A program made the translations under genes and the position numbers. From Alphaproteobacteria bacterium (GTDB taxonomy: Bacteria > Pseudomonadota > Alphaproteobacteria > UBA2966), in the NCBI GenBank assembly GCA_964291395.2, contig OZ219857.1, positions 64,001 to 128,000 of the forward strand: a DNA stretch of 64,000 bases, given 5' to 3'. Of the stretch, positions 54,584 through 64,000 are shown piece by piece; the first letter of the stretch is position 1, and every line of letters begins with the position of its first letter. Below the pieces are notes generated by a model. The model was not told the origin of the DNA, did not search any database, and was given only the letters and a program-made list of their open reading frames with translations.

Positions 54584-55807
54584 ATGACAAGTGTATCCGA
54601 GATACCGAACACCTACCGGACGGGGCCCGACGAAGAGGGACGCTTCGGGATCTACGGAGGTCGCTTTGTCGCCGAGACCCTGATGCCGCTGATTCTGGAC
54701 TTGGAAGCAGCCTACGACACCGCGAAGAACGATCCGGAGTTCCAGGCCGAACTCGCCCATTTCAACAGGCATTACGCTGGTCGCCCCAGTCCCCTTTACT
54801 TCGCGGAGCGCCTGACCAAGCACCTCGGCGGCGCACGGATTTATCTCAAGAGGGACGAACTCAATCACACAGGCTCTCACAAGATCAACAACTGCATCGG
54901 CCAGATCCTGCTCGCCCGGCGGATGGGTAAAACCCGTATCATCGCGGAAACCGGTGCCGGACAGCACGGCGTCGCCGCGGCGACCGTCGCCGCACGTTTC
55001 GGGTTTCCTTGCACGGTCTATATGGGCGTGGTCGACATCGAACGGCAGCAGCCCAACGTATTCCGGATGAAGCTGCTAGGTGCTGAAGTGGTTCCCGTCA
55101 CGTCCGGTTCTCGGACGCTCAAGGACGCCATGAACGAGGCGCTCCGGGATTGGGTCACCAACGTCGAATCGACGTTCTACATCATCGGCACCGTCGCCGG
55201 TCCGCATCCTTACCCGGAGATGGTCCGCGATTTTCAATCCGTCATCGGCATTGAGGCCCGTGAACAGGTACAGGCAGCGGAGGATCGTCTTCCCGATACG
55301 TTGGTCGCCTGCGTCGGCGGCGGCTCCAATGCCATGGGTCTGTTTCACCCATTCCTGAATGACGACGGTGTCGAAATCTTCGGGGTCGAGGCGGCGGGCC
55401 GGGGAATCGACACGGGAGAACATGCCGCCAGCCTTACGGCTGGACGCCCCGGAGTGCTTCACGGCAACAGAACCTATCTCCTCCAGGATGAAGATGGGCA
55501 GATTGTCGAGGCCCATTCGATTTCCGCCGGCCTCGATTATCCAGGCATCGGGCCGGAGCACGCGTGGCTCAAAGATGCGGGCCGCGCGACGTATGTGCCG
55601 ATCACGGACGCCGAAGCTCTGGAAGCCTTCCAATTGTGCAGCAGGGTTGAAGGCATTATTCCGGCCTTGGAACCCGCGCACGCCCTTGCTCATGTCATGA
55701 AGATCGCCCCCGAGCGCCCCTCGGACCACATCATTCTCATGAACATGTGCGGCCGGGGCGACAAGGACATCTTCACGGTCGCCGACGCATTGGGAGTGGA
55801 AGTGTGA
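54584..55807 (+). CDS. trpB: Tryptophan synthase beta chain
   Basis: [27 protein letters not shown] and SAGLDYPG. Confidence 0.98.
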   Translation: MTSVSEIPNTYRTGPDEEGRFGIYGGRFVAETLMPLILDLEAAYDTAKNDPEFQAELAHFNRHYAGRPSPLYFAERLTKHLGGARIYLKRDELNHTGSHKINNCIGQILLARRMGKTRIIAETGAGQHGVAAATVAARFGFPCTVYMGVVDIERQQPNVFRMKLLGAEVVPVTSGSRTLKDAMNEALRDWVTNVESTFYIIGTVAGPHPYPEMVRDFQSVIGIEAREQVQAAEDRLPDTLVACVGGGSNAMGLFHPFLNDDGVEIFGVEAAGRGIDTGEHAASLTAGRPGVLHGNRTYLLQDEDGQIVEAHSISAGLDYPGIGPEHAWLKDAGRATYVPITDAEALEAFQLCSRVEGIIPALEPAHALAHVMKIAPERPSDHIILMNMCGRGDKDIFTVADALGVEV

Positions 55808-56664
55808 CGGCGAACGTCGGTGGCACAGCACGAATCGAGCGGCGCTTTGCCCAACTCGCGAGAGAGAACCGCGCGGGCCTCGTAACTTACGTCATGGCCG
55901 GAGATCCGGATCTCGATACAGCGACCGCCATTCTCGAAGGACTCCCCAGCGCGGGAGCAGACGTCATCGAGCTTGGGATTCCCTTCACCGACCCCATGGC
56001 CGATGGTCCCGCCATTCAGGTCTCGGGACTGCGGGCACTCAAGGCCGGGGTAACCGTCGACCGTGTCCTTGATTCCGTCAGCCGGTTTCGCCGCAAGGAC
56101 TCGAACACGCCGCTGGTTCTGATGGGTTATTACAACCCCATCTATGCATTCGGCCCGAGCAGGTTCCTGGAATCGGCGAAGGAAGCCGGCGTGGACGGGC
56201 TGATCATCGTTGACTTGCCGCCGGAAGAAGATGCCGAGCTTTGTCTACCCACACTCGAAGCGGGGCTGAGCTTCGTCCGGCTGGCTACTCCCACGACAGA
56301 CGATTCACGATTGCCCCGTGTCCTCCACAACACGTCGGGGTTCGTCTATTACGTCTCCATCACAGGCATCACCGGAGCTGCCATTCCCGACCTGTCGCTG
56401 GTTACCGGCGCCGTGGAACGCCTGAAGCGTCACACGTCACTTCCCGTGGCGGTGGGGTTCGGCATCAAAACGCCCGAGCAGGCCGCTACGATTGCCCGGG
56501 GCGCCGATGGAGCGGTGGTAGGCTCTGCCCTGGTGACAACCATTTCCGAGAATCTGGATGCTGACGGCAGGGCAGGAAATGGTCTGGTTGACGCCCTCCT
56601 GACCCGTGTCCAAGACCTTGCCGACGGCGTGCACCACGCCCGCAAGGCGGGGCCGACATCGTGA
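55804..56664 (+). CDS. trpA: Tryptophan synthase alpha chain
   Basis: GTGA overlap with trp[24 protein letters not shown] and VGFGI. Confidence 0.97.
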   Translation: MTANVGGTARIERRFAQLARENRAGLVTYVMAGDPDLDTATAILEGLPSAGADVIELGIPFTDPMADGPAIQVSGLRALKAGVTVDRVLDSVSRFRRKDSNTPLVLMGYYNPIYAFGPSRFLESAKEAGVDGLIIVDLPPEEDAELCLPTLEAGLSFVRLATPTTDDSRLPRVLHNTSGFVYYVSITGITGAAIPDLSLVTGAVERLKRHTSLPVAVGFGIKTPEQAATIARGADGAVVGSALVTTISENLDADGRAGNGLVDALLTRVQDLADGVHHARKAGPTS

Positions 56665-57653
56665 ACTGGCTCACAAACTTCGTCAGGCCGAAACTCCGTG
56701 CGCTCGTCAGCAAACGGGAGACGCCGGAAAATCTCTGGGAGAAATGCCCGAGCTGCGGCCAGATGGTCTTCCATCGGGACCTCCAGGCCAATCACCGCGT
56801 TTGCCCGCAGTGCAACCACCACTTTCGCCTGTCACCCAACGAGCGTCTGACGCAGTTATTCGATGACGGCCGTTACGAACGCATCGAAGTGCCGGAGGTC
56901 GTGGCTGATCCCCTCAAATTCCGCGACTCGAAGCGATATACCGAAAGACTGAAGGAAAGCAGGGCGAAAACGGACGAGCACGAGGCGATGGTCGTTGCGG
57001 TCGGCCACGTCGGCGGCTTGGAGACGGTCATGGCCGCCCAGAATTTCGGATTCATGGGCGGATCCATGGGCCTGGCCGTCGGTGAGGCGTTGATCAAAGC
57101 GGCCGAAGAAGCGATTTCCCGTGACACCCCGCTGGTAGTGATCACCGCCGCGGGCGGAGCGCGCATGCAGGAAGGGATTCTCTCTCTGATGCAGATGCCT
57201 AGATCCGCGGTCGCGGTGGACGACGTCCGGCAGGCGGGTCTGCCATATATCTCGATTTTAACCGACCCGACGACGGGCGGTGTCACCGCGTCCTACGCGA
57301 TGCTCGGAGACATCTCTATCGCGGAGCCGGGTGCGTTGATCGGCTTCGCGGGACCACGGGTGATCGAAAATACGATCCGCGAAAGCCTGCCCGAGGGATT
57401 CCAGAGGGCCGAGTATCTATTGGAACACGGAATGCTCGATCTCGTCGTCCACCGCCGAGATCTGCGCGCGACCCTGGCCCACCTTCTGGCGCTGCTGACC
57501 GGCGTCGAGGCAGCCGGCGATATCCTCCCGCCGGCAGACCTGTCGTTGCGGCCGGTCACGCAGTCGACGGAGTCCTTGACGGCCCTGCCGCCCGGGACAC
57601 ACCTCAACGAGATCGTGGAGGCAAGGGATGGCGGCCGACTGTCAGAGCAGTAG
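56661..57653 (+). CDS. accD: Acetyl-CoA carboxylase carboxyltransferase beta subunit
   Basis: LWEKCPSC zinc finger, [15 protein letters not shown] and PTTGGVTAS. Confidence 0.97.
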   Translation: MNWLTNFVRPKLRALVSKRETPENLWEKCPSCGQMVFHRDLQANHRVCPQCNHHFRLSPNERLTQLFDDGRYERIEVPEVVADPLKFRDSKRYTERLKESRAKTDEHEAMVVAVGHVGGLETVMAAQNFGFMGGSMGLAVGEALIKAAEEAISRDTPLVVITAAGGARMQEGILSLMQMPRSAVAVDDVRQAGLPYISILTDPTTGGVTASYAMLGDISIAEPGALIGFAGPRVIENTIRESLPEGFQRAEYLLEHGMLDLVVHRRDLRATLAHLLALLTGVEAAGDILPPADLSLRPVTQSTESLTALPPGTHLNEIVEARDGGRLSEQ

Positions 57654-58968
57654 TGTCGTTCTCGACCGGCTGGAAGAGCTTCATCCCAAAAGAATCGACC
57701 TTTCGCTCGGACGGATGGAGCGTCTGCTCGCGGCCCTCGACCACCCCGAAACCCGACTTCCATCGGTCGTTCATGTCGCCGGCACCAACGGAAAGGGGTC
57801 CGTCATTGCCATTTTGCGGGCTGCGCTGCATGCCGCCGGCTACAGGGTCCACACCTATATCTCTCCGCATCTCGTCAACTTTCACGAACGCATAGGCTTG
57901 GCGCGAGGGTCCGGCGGCACTCTCCCCGTCGACGAATCCGAACTGAACGAAATTCTGACGGCGTGCGAAACCGCCAACGGTTCCGCCTCCGTGACGTTCT
58001 TCGAAATCACGACCGCAGCGGCTTTTCTGGCCTTCTCGCGGCACCCGGCTGACATTCTGCTGCTCGAGGTAGGGCTCGGGGGTCGTCTCGACGCCACCAA
58101 TGTCGTTGAGGCGCCCGTCGCCTCGGTCATTACGCCTGTCTCGATCGATCACACGCAATTCCTGGGAACCGATCTCGCCGGGATCGCAACGGAAAAGGCA
58201 GGAATTCTGAAGAAGGGCGCCTCTGCCGTCATCGGCCCCCAAGACGAAGCGGCCCTAAGACCGATCACCGCACGAGCCGCCGAGGTTGGGGCGCCGCTTC
58301 TGAGGTGTGGTTTGGAATGGGATTTTCAAGTGGATGAGAGAGATCGCTCGATTTCGTTGCGGCTGGGGTCCCGCCACATGTTCCTGCCGGAGCCTTCTCT
58401 CCCAGGTTCACATCAATTCGCCAATGCCGCGACAGCGGCGGTGACGTTGTTGTCCTTGCCGGGCTTCGAGGTCGGCGATGACTGTATCCGTCGTGGACTT
58501 CGAGCGGCACATTGGCCCGGTCGCCTGCAGCGCATCCGACGGGGACCTCTGCGAGACCTCATGCCGGGCACCACCGATCTGTGGCTCGATGGCGGACACA
58601 ACGCATCGGCGGGTCGTGCCCTTGCACACACGTTCGCGGCCTGGAGAGACGAGGAGCACACCGTCCGCCCCGTCTATCTGGTTTCCGGAATGCTCAACAC
58701 CAAGGACGTGTCGGCATTCTTCGAGCCATTCGCTGAAGATCGGCTGGTCGAGAGCGTCTATGGGGTACCGATACCCGGCGAGCAGGCAAGCCTTTCGGGA
58801 GAGGACGTGGCGAAGGCCGCCCGGAAGGCGGGGCTCCACTCCCTCGTCACAGACTCTGTGGAACACGCGGTCAAGTTGATCGCCGAGAAGGGCAAGCAAG
58901 CGCCTTCGCGAGTATTGATCTGCGGATCCCTATACCTGGCCGGCAGGATTCTGGCACAGCACAGCTAG
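57628..58968 (+). CDS. folC: Folylpolyglutamate synthase/dihydrofolate synthase
   Basis: [39 protein letters not shown] and GSLYL. Confidence 0.97.
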   Translation: MAADCQSSSVVLDRLEELHPKRIDLSLGRMERLLAALDHPETRLPSVVHVAGTNGKGSVIAILRAALHAAGYRVHTYISPHLVNFHERIGLARGSGGTLPVDESELNEILTACETANGSASVTFFEITTAAAFLAFSRHPADILLLEVGLGGRLDATNVVEAPVASVITPVSIDHTQFLGTDLAGIATEKAGILKKGASAVIGPQDEAALRPITARAAEVGAPLLRCGLEWDFQVDERDRSISLRLGSRHMFLPEPSLPGSHQFANAATAAVTLLSLPGFEVGDDCIRRGLRAAHWPGRLQRIRRGPLRDLMPGTTDLWLDGGHNASAGRALAHTFAAWRDEEHTVRPVYLVSGMLNTKDVSAFFEPFAEDRLVESVYGVPIPGEQASLSGEDVAKAARKAGLHSLVTDSVEHAVKLIAEKGKQAPSRVLICGSLYLAGRILAQHS

Positions 58969-58995
58969 AGCGGTGCAGGTTTCAACCTGAACCGC
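58965..58995 (+). repeat. CTAG-anchored palindromic repeat, copy after folC
   Basis: CTAGA-GCGGTgCAGGT-ttca-ACCTGaACCGC. The CTAG contains the folC TAG stop. Confidence 0.55.
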
Positions 58996-59037
58996 CATGA
59001 AAACGCCTTCTTGAGGTTCTGAACCCATCCGCGACGC

Positions 59038-59358
59038 TCAAAGCTCTCCTTCCAGCCACTCCACGAGCTTGCCCTTCGGCAACGCGCCGACTTTGGTCGA
59101 AGCGACCTCGCCGCCTTTGAACAACATGAGAGTGGGAATGCCGCGAACACCGAACTTAGTCGGTGTCATCGGGTTTTCGTCGATATTGAGTTTCGCCACC
59201 GTGACCCGATCACCCATTTCATTCGCGATCTCCTCCAGAGCCGGCGCAATTTGACGGCAAGGACCGCACCACTCCGCCCAATAGTCCACGAGCACGGGTT
59301 GTTCGGCCCCGATTACGTCGGTCTCGAAGGAGTCGTCGGTGATATGGCTGACGGTCAT
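59038..59358 (-). CDS. trxA: Thioredoxin
   Basis: 106 aa with WCGPC and GIPTL. Confidence 0.97.
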   Translation of the reverse strand: MTVSHITDDSFETDVIGAEQPVLVDYWAEWCGPCRQIAPALEEIANEMGDRVTVAKLNIDENPMTPTKFGVRGIPTLMLFKGGEVASTKVGALPKGKLVEWLEGEL

Positions 59359-59443
59359 TGTGCTCTCCGGCATTGGGGGGCGGGCAACAGGTGTGGTGCG
59401 CCGCAACTCGGGATCAATTATGTACGGTCGCCGGTTCCGAGCG

Positions 59444-62400
59444 TCAAGGCGCACGGATCGCCAACGCCTCGGAACTGATTTCCATAAGTGTCGGACCGTC
59501 CGTCCAAAGCAATGCACAACGTATTGTCCTCGTGGGGTAAATCCTCTCCAGGATTCTGCGATAGGCCGCCAGTTGTTGGAGATAGGCCGGGGCCACGTCA
59601 TCCGCCGATCGAGGGGCGGGACGGTCGGATTTGTAGTCCACGATGAGAACCGAGTCCTCGGCCACCACCAGACGGTCGATTTGCGATACGACATGCTCTC
59701 CGTCGATACCCGCGATTGCCACCTCGGCCCTGCTGCCGGGACCGAAGAGCGCCGCAAGGGACGGGTCTTCCAGTACATCCAATGTCACCTCGACGATTTC
59801 CTCTCGTGCCATCCGGTTCCAGCTCATGGAGCGGATTGGACAGGACAGGAGCTCCAGAGCTGCGGACGATCGCTGCGCCGCCGGAATTTCCGGAAGAAGC
59901 TCCAACAGCCGATGGATGAGACGCCCTCTGCGAAACCGCACTCCAGAGTCGGGACCGATAGGTGAGTGGACCGCCGGTTCTGCCTCCTCCGGCCGCGAGG
60001 GCACTAGCGGAGTGGGCGGGGACGGTTCCGGCGGCGGCGGCGTACGTGCCCAAGAGGGCAGAGGCATGTCGTCGTGGGACCGTATTGCCCGTGCGCCCAC
60101 CCTATCCGGCGGGCGGGACTGTTCGGTGCGCAACATCAGGATGTCCTGACCGTTCGGGCCCGCAACGGGTGTGCCGATGTTCTGCATTGCACGTGCGATC
60201 ATGTCGTACCAACACCCGGACGGGCGGCCCTGAACCCCTTCGAACCCGCCGATGTACAGTCGGTCTTCCGCCCGGGTGAGGGCGACGTAGAGCAATCGAC
60301 GGGACTCCTGCTCCCGGCGATGCCGTGCGGCCTCTCGGGCTTTTTGTGCTGCTTCGCCTTCGCGATCACGACGAGCGGGCCAGAGAGGAAGAGTCGGACG
60401 ACCCGTGCCGTCATGAATCCACTGGACTCCGTTGGACTCACGCGAGACCCGACAAGTGTCGGGAAGAAATACGACGGGAGATTGAAGCCCTTTGGCGCCG
60501 TGAACCGTCAATACCCTCACTTCATCACGGCCAAGCTCCAGATCACGCTTAACCTCGGTCTCGCCGGTTGTCACCCATTGCAGGAACCCTTGGAGCGAGG
60601 GTGCATGCAATCGCTCGAACAGCAGGCAGAGGGCGAGAAATTCGTCGATGGGGTCGTTGGCCTGCGGACCAAGCCGCGATACGAGTTTTTGCCGGCCTTC
60701 GCCCGGACCCAGAACGCGGGCGAAAAACTCATAGGGCGGCATGTGGTCCGCCGCCGCCAGAACTTCTTCAAGCGTTTGGACGGTCGCATCGTATGTGAAC
60801 GACCGGTCCCGACGGTCTCGAAGAGCCGCCCACAAACTCTTGCGGCCACGGTCCCACGCGACATCGAATAGCGAATCATCATCAAACCCGAAGAGCGGGC
60901 TCTTCAAGGTTTCGGCGAGGGAGAGATCATCTTCCGGCAGGATGGAAAACCGCCCCAGCGAGATGAGATCCATCACCGGGAGCTGTTCGGTGAGGATCAT
61001 TCGGTCGGTTCCGGCGACGGGAATATCAATCCGTTTGAGGGCATGGACCATCTCCTCCACAAATCCGGCTCTACGCTGCACGAGGATCATGATGTCACCC
61101 GGACGGATCGGGCGGTCTCGACTCTCCAAACGTTCGTCGCGACGCAGCCAGTCGCCGACTTTGGCGGCAATAGTCCGAGCCACACAGACACTCGGCGTAA
61201 GGTCGTGGATCTGCCTGACCGGAGGGTCCCAAACCTCCGGTTCCGGGACGTCGTGAAACCGTTCGGCCGGCCAAAGCTCGACCAGCCCCGCCTGGCCCAC
61301 GCGATGGGGAATATGGTCGATCTCGGTATCGTCGAAAACCAACCCGACGCGCGCCTCCGGCGGCCCGAATACCTCGTCCACCAAAGACAGAATTGGAGGT
61401 GCAGAGCGGTACGAATGGACCAGATCCAATGGCCGCCACGGGTCGCCGGTTCCGGTGACCCGGGTGCCAAAATGATCACGCCACTGGGAGAAGAGATGCG
61501 GATCCGCCCGCTGAAAGCTGTAAATCGATTGCTTGGCATCGCCCACCGCGAATATCGTCCGGCTAGCGTCTCGGGCTCCCATTCCGGCAAAAAATTCTTC
61601 CGTCAGAGATGCAATGACCTGCCATTGCTCGTCGTTCGTGTCCTGGGCTTCGTCGATCAGGACATGATCGAGGCCACCGTCCAGCTTGTAGTGAACCCAG
61701 GACGCGACATCCGGGCGTATCAACAACTGTCTTGCGCGCGTGATGAGATCTTCATAGTCAAGCAGCGCCTGTCGTTGCTTGACCTCCTCGTAAGTGCGCA
61801 GGATGGCGTATCCAAGATGCAGCACGGCCAATGTGTCGGCGGCGGTTTGAGCGTCCCGAATTCGAACAATCGCCGCCTCCAGGCGATTCGCTTCCCCGTC
61901 CAACAAAGAGGCGGCGTCGTTGGGTGCCATTTTCAAGGCCTCCTTGTGGATGAGATCCACTCGCCGAGTGCCCTGCTTGGTGAAGAATGCCGAAACGTAC
62001 GTGGGAAACAGCTCCACCCGTCTTTCCGGGTTCTCGAGCCACTCGCTGATCAGAGCACCATGCCGGCGATCGGTCTTCCCACCCACCAACATGGCGTCGG
62101 CCACCGTGCGCAACCTCTCGGCCAAGGGGCTCGCAAGATCGCTCGCCGCGGCGGTGATGGTCGCCTCGTCTTCATCAGCATCCAACCCAAGCGCTTCGCG
62201 AATGGCCGCGGAAACCGCAGGAAAAGAGGTATCGAACCGACTGAAGAGTTCCTCCAGTCGGGAGCGCTCGGCGGTCAATTCCCGCGCCACATCATCGAAC
62301 CGATCCTCTGATACCTGAGCCGTCAGATGGTGGAGAGAGCCGGCAAGTGCCCCATCGGCTCTCGCCTGAGTGAGAACGTGATCCCGCGCCTCGTTGAGGA

Positions 62401-62860
62401 GTTCCGCGGATGTCCGCTCATCGATCACCGAAAAATGGGGCGGAATTCCGGACTCCAGAGGGAACCTCGCCAACAACGACTCACAAAATGCGTGGATCGT
62501 TTGAATCTTGAGGCCGCCCGGCACATCCAGCACGCGCGCGAACAACTGTCGGGCCCGTTCCAATTCATCGCTTGTCGGTACCCGTCCCGTCAATCCTTCG
62601 AGCGCACCATGGAGCTCCGTATCCTCGCAAATCGCCCAGCGCGAAAGATCACCGTGAAGCCGGTTCGCCATTTCGGCCGCCGCAGCACGCGTGAACGTCA
62701 AACAGAGAATCCGACCCGGAAGCGTATCGTCCAAGAGGAGACGCAACACACGATCGGTGAGTACGCGCGTCTTGCCCGTTCCCGCGGATGCCGCCACCCA
62801 CACGGACGATTTGGGATCGGATGCCGCGATTTGCCGATCCGTGGCGCTATGGATACTCAC
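59444..62860 (-). CDS. addA: Double-strand break repair helicase/nuclease AddA
   Basis: [40 protein letters not shown] and nuclease motif VDYKS. GTGA overlap with addB. See findings for indels in the C-terminal part. Confidence 0.95.
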   Translation of the reverse strand: MSIHSATDRQIAASDPKSSVWVAASAGTGKTRVLTDRVLRLLLDDTLPGRILCLTFTRAAAAEMANRLHGDLSRWAICEDTELHGALEGLTGRVPTSDELERARQLFARVLDVPGGLKIQTIHAFCESLLARFPLESGIPPHFSVIDERTSAELLNEARDHVLTQARADGALAGSLHHLTAQVSEDRFDDVARELTAERSRLEELFSRFDTSFPAVSAAIREALGLDADEDEATITAAASDLASPLAERLRTVADAMLVGGKTDRRHGALISEWLENPERRVELFPTYVSAFFTKQGTRRVDLIHKEALKMAPNDAASLLDGEANRLEAAIVRIRDAQTAADTLAVLHLGYAILRTYEEVKQRQALLDYEDLITRARQLLIRPDVASWVHYKLDGGLDHVLIDEAQDTNDEQWQVIASLTEEFFAGMGARDASRTIFAVGDAKQSIYSFQRADPHLFSQWRDHFGTRVTGTGDPWRPLDLVHSYRSAPPILSLVDEVFGPPEARVGLVFDDTEIDHIPHRVGQAGLVELWPAERFHDVPEPEVWDPPVRQIHDLTPSVCVARTIAAKVGDWLRRDERLESRDRPIRPGDIMILVQRRAGFVEEMVHALKRIDIPVAGTDRMILTEQLPVMDLISLGRFSILPEDDLSLAETLKSPLFGFDDDSLFDVAWDRGRKSLWAALRDRRDRSFTYDATVQTLEEVLAAADHMPPYEFFARVLGPGEGRQKLVSRLGPQANDPIDEFLALCLLFERLHAPSLQGFLQWVTTGETEVKRDLELGRDEVRVLTVHGAKGLQSPVVFLPDTCRVSRESNGVQWIHDGTGRPTLPLWPARRDREGEAAQKAREAARHRREQESRRLLYVALTRAEDRLYIGGFEGVQGRPSGCWYDMIARAMQNIGTPVAGPNGQDILMLRTEQSRPPDRVGARAIRSHDDMPLPSWARTPPPPEPSPPTPLVPSRPEEAEPAVHSPIGPDSGVRFRRGRLIHRLLELLPEIPAAQRSSAALELLSCPIRSMSWNRMAREEIVEVTLDVLEDPSLAALFGPGSRAEVAIAGIDGEHVVSQIDRLVVAEDSVLIVDYKSDRPAPRSADDVAPAYLQQLAAYRRILERIYPTRTIRCALLWTDGPTLMEISSEALAIRAP

Positions 62861-64000
62861 CCGAGGGTCCCATCCGGACTGGCAGACCATTCCGCCACGC
62901 GCGCCAAGTGATCGTAGTCACCATACCGGATAGCGTGGCGGGGTCGCGGCCGTGCCCGATAAGGGGTTGCCGGATCATCGAACACATCCACGAGCCGCTG
63001 AAGGCCGGCCCGTGCACGTTCCGTCAGCCCGGCAATGTCTCCCCGCACCGAAGTGATCTGCCCGGGGGTTGCCCCGCCGCTCAAACGCCAATAGGCCAAT
63101 TCGGAGATCGATTCGGCCTCGACATCGGGGAAACCTCCCATTTGGGCGATCCAGGCCTCCAGAGGAAGCTGAGGGGACAGACCGGACGCGATCTCCTTCT
63201 GAGACGGCGTCCCGCCTGTCTTGTAGTCGATGATCGCCAATGATCCGTCGGACCGAGTGTCAATCCGGTCCGCCTTGGCGACGAGACTGAACGGCACCCC
63301 GGAAACTTCGAATTCGATCTCGCCACGAACCTCAACGGCCGTCCGTATCGCGCCGCTTCGGTCGGCCAGGTTGCGCATTTCACCGACGAACCAGTCCGCG
63401 ATTCGCTGGAACCGGGGCCACCAAAACGACCAGACGGCCGGCCGCGACAGCGCAGCGCCAAACACGCTCTCTCCAAGCGCAACCAGTCGATCCACGGCAT
63501 CCTCGGGGAGCTCGGAGGCATGTCCGGACAGAAACTCCTCCAGCGCTCGATGGATGAAGATCCCCCGCTCCATCGCACCGGGATCGGCATCGATGGTTTC
63601 GAGGGGTCGCAACCGCAGAATACGCTTCGCAAACAGGGCATAGGGATCTCGTACCCATGTCTCGACGTCAGTGACCGAAAGACGACGCGGCCGCGCCGAC
63701 ACGGGTGGTTTCGGTTCGGGAGGTGCCACCGGACCGGTATCGGTCTCCGGCCGGTCCAGCAATGCCTGCCAACTCAACCAGGGATGCCGTGACGTCAGTC
63801 CGTCATTGAACCTTGCGAGGAGCGCCTCGATGCGCAGCAGCCACCGCGAGGGTACGGTTGGTGTCCCCTCGACTCGCTCCGACCGCGTGAGGAACACGAC
63901 CGGAGCGGTAGCGGCCTGCACGAAATCGTGGGCCGTCAAGCCGATCCTTCGCTCCGGCGTGGGAAGCTCAACGGCCTCGCGCATAGGACGACTCAACCAG
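62857..64000 (-). CDS. addB: Double-strand break repair protein AddB (5' end outside the window)
   Basis: ERRIGLTAHDF, PSRWL, LSVT..E.W.RDPY, KADRID, IDYKTG, QL.LE and YDHLARV.EW. Confidence 0.95.
   Translation of the reverse strand, partial: WLSRPMREAVELPTPERRIGLTAHDFVQAATAPVVFLTRSERVEGTPTVPSRWLLRIEALLARFNDGLTSRHPWLSWQALLDRPETDTGPVAPPEPKPPVSARPRRLSVTDVETWVRDPYALFAKRILRLRPLETIDADPGAMERGIFIHRALEEFLSGHASELPEDAVDRLVALGESVFGAALSRPAVWSFWWPRFQRIADWFVGEMRNLADRSGAIRTAVEVRGEIEFEVSGVPFSLVAKADRIDTRSDGSLAIIDYKTGGTPSQKEIASGLSPQLPLEAWIAQMGGFPDVEAESISELAYWRLSGGATPGQITSVRGDIAGLTERARAGLQRLVDVFDDPATPYRARPRPRHAIRYGDYDHLARVAEWSASPDGTLG

Overview
A GC-rich (by eye about 60-68%) chromosomal segment of an alphaproteobacterium, judged Rhodospirillales-like from gene order. 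It is mostly core genome: lepA; thrS-infC-rpmI-rplT-pheST; gltDB-GST(fzlA-like)-queG; uppP; tRNA-Leu-nrnC-kdsD-lptCAB-rpoN-hpf-ptsN; a small heat shock gene; speDE; a GldA/F/G-type ABC system with DUF4340; aroA-cmk-rpsA-ihfB-lapA-trpFBA-accD-folC; and addB-addA-trxA. It has three tRNAs (Ser-GGA, Leu-CAG, Ala-GGC). I saw no integrase, transposase, prophage or CRISPR array. The best candidate for an undescribed system is at 205-4746: a LysR regulator divergent from a translationally coupled three-gene operon. That operon encodes an M19 'dipeptidase' with altered metal ligands, a 569-aa protein of unknown function and a DUF3726-like protein, and is probably an uncharacterised catabolic pathway. 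Other oddities are a compensated double frameshift and a missing motif Gly in the AddA nuclease domain, a GT9 pseudogene remnant overlapping the thrS promoter, and a dispersed CTAG-anchored hairpin repeat family. There is also a terminator upstream of pheS whose U-tract reads Phe-Phe in frame, an ATC-initiated infC, and a ROSE-like thermometer. All family calls come from recognising motifs by eye; no searches were run.
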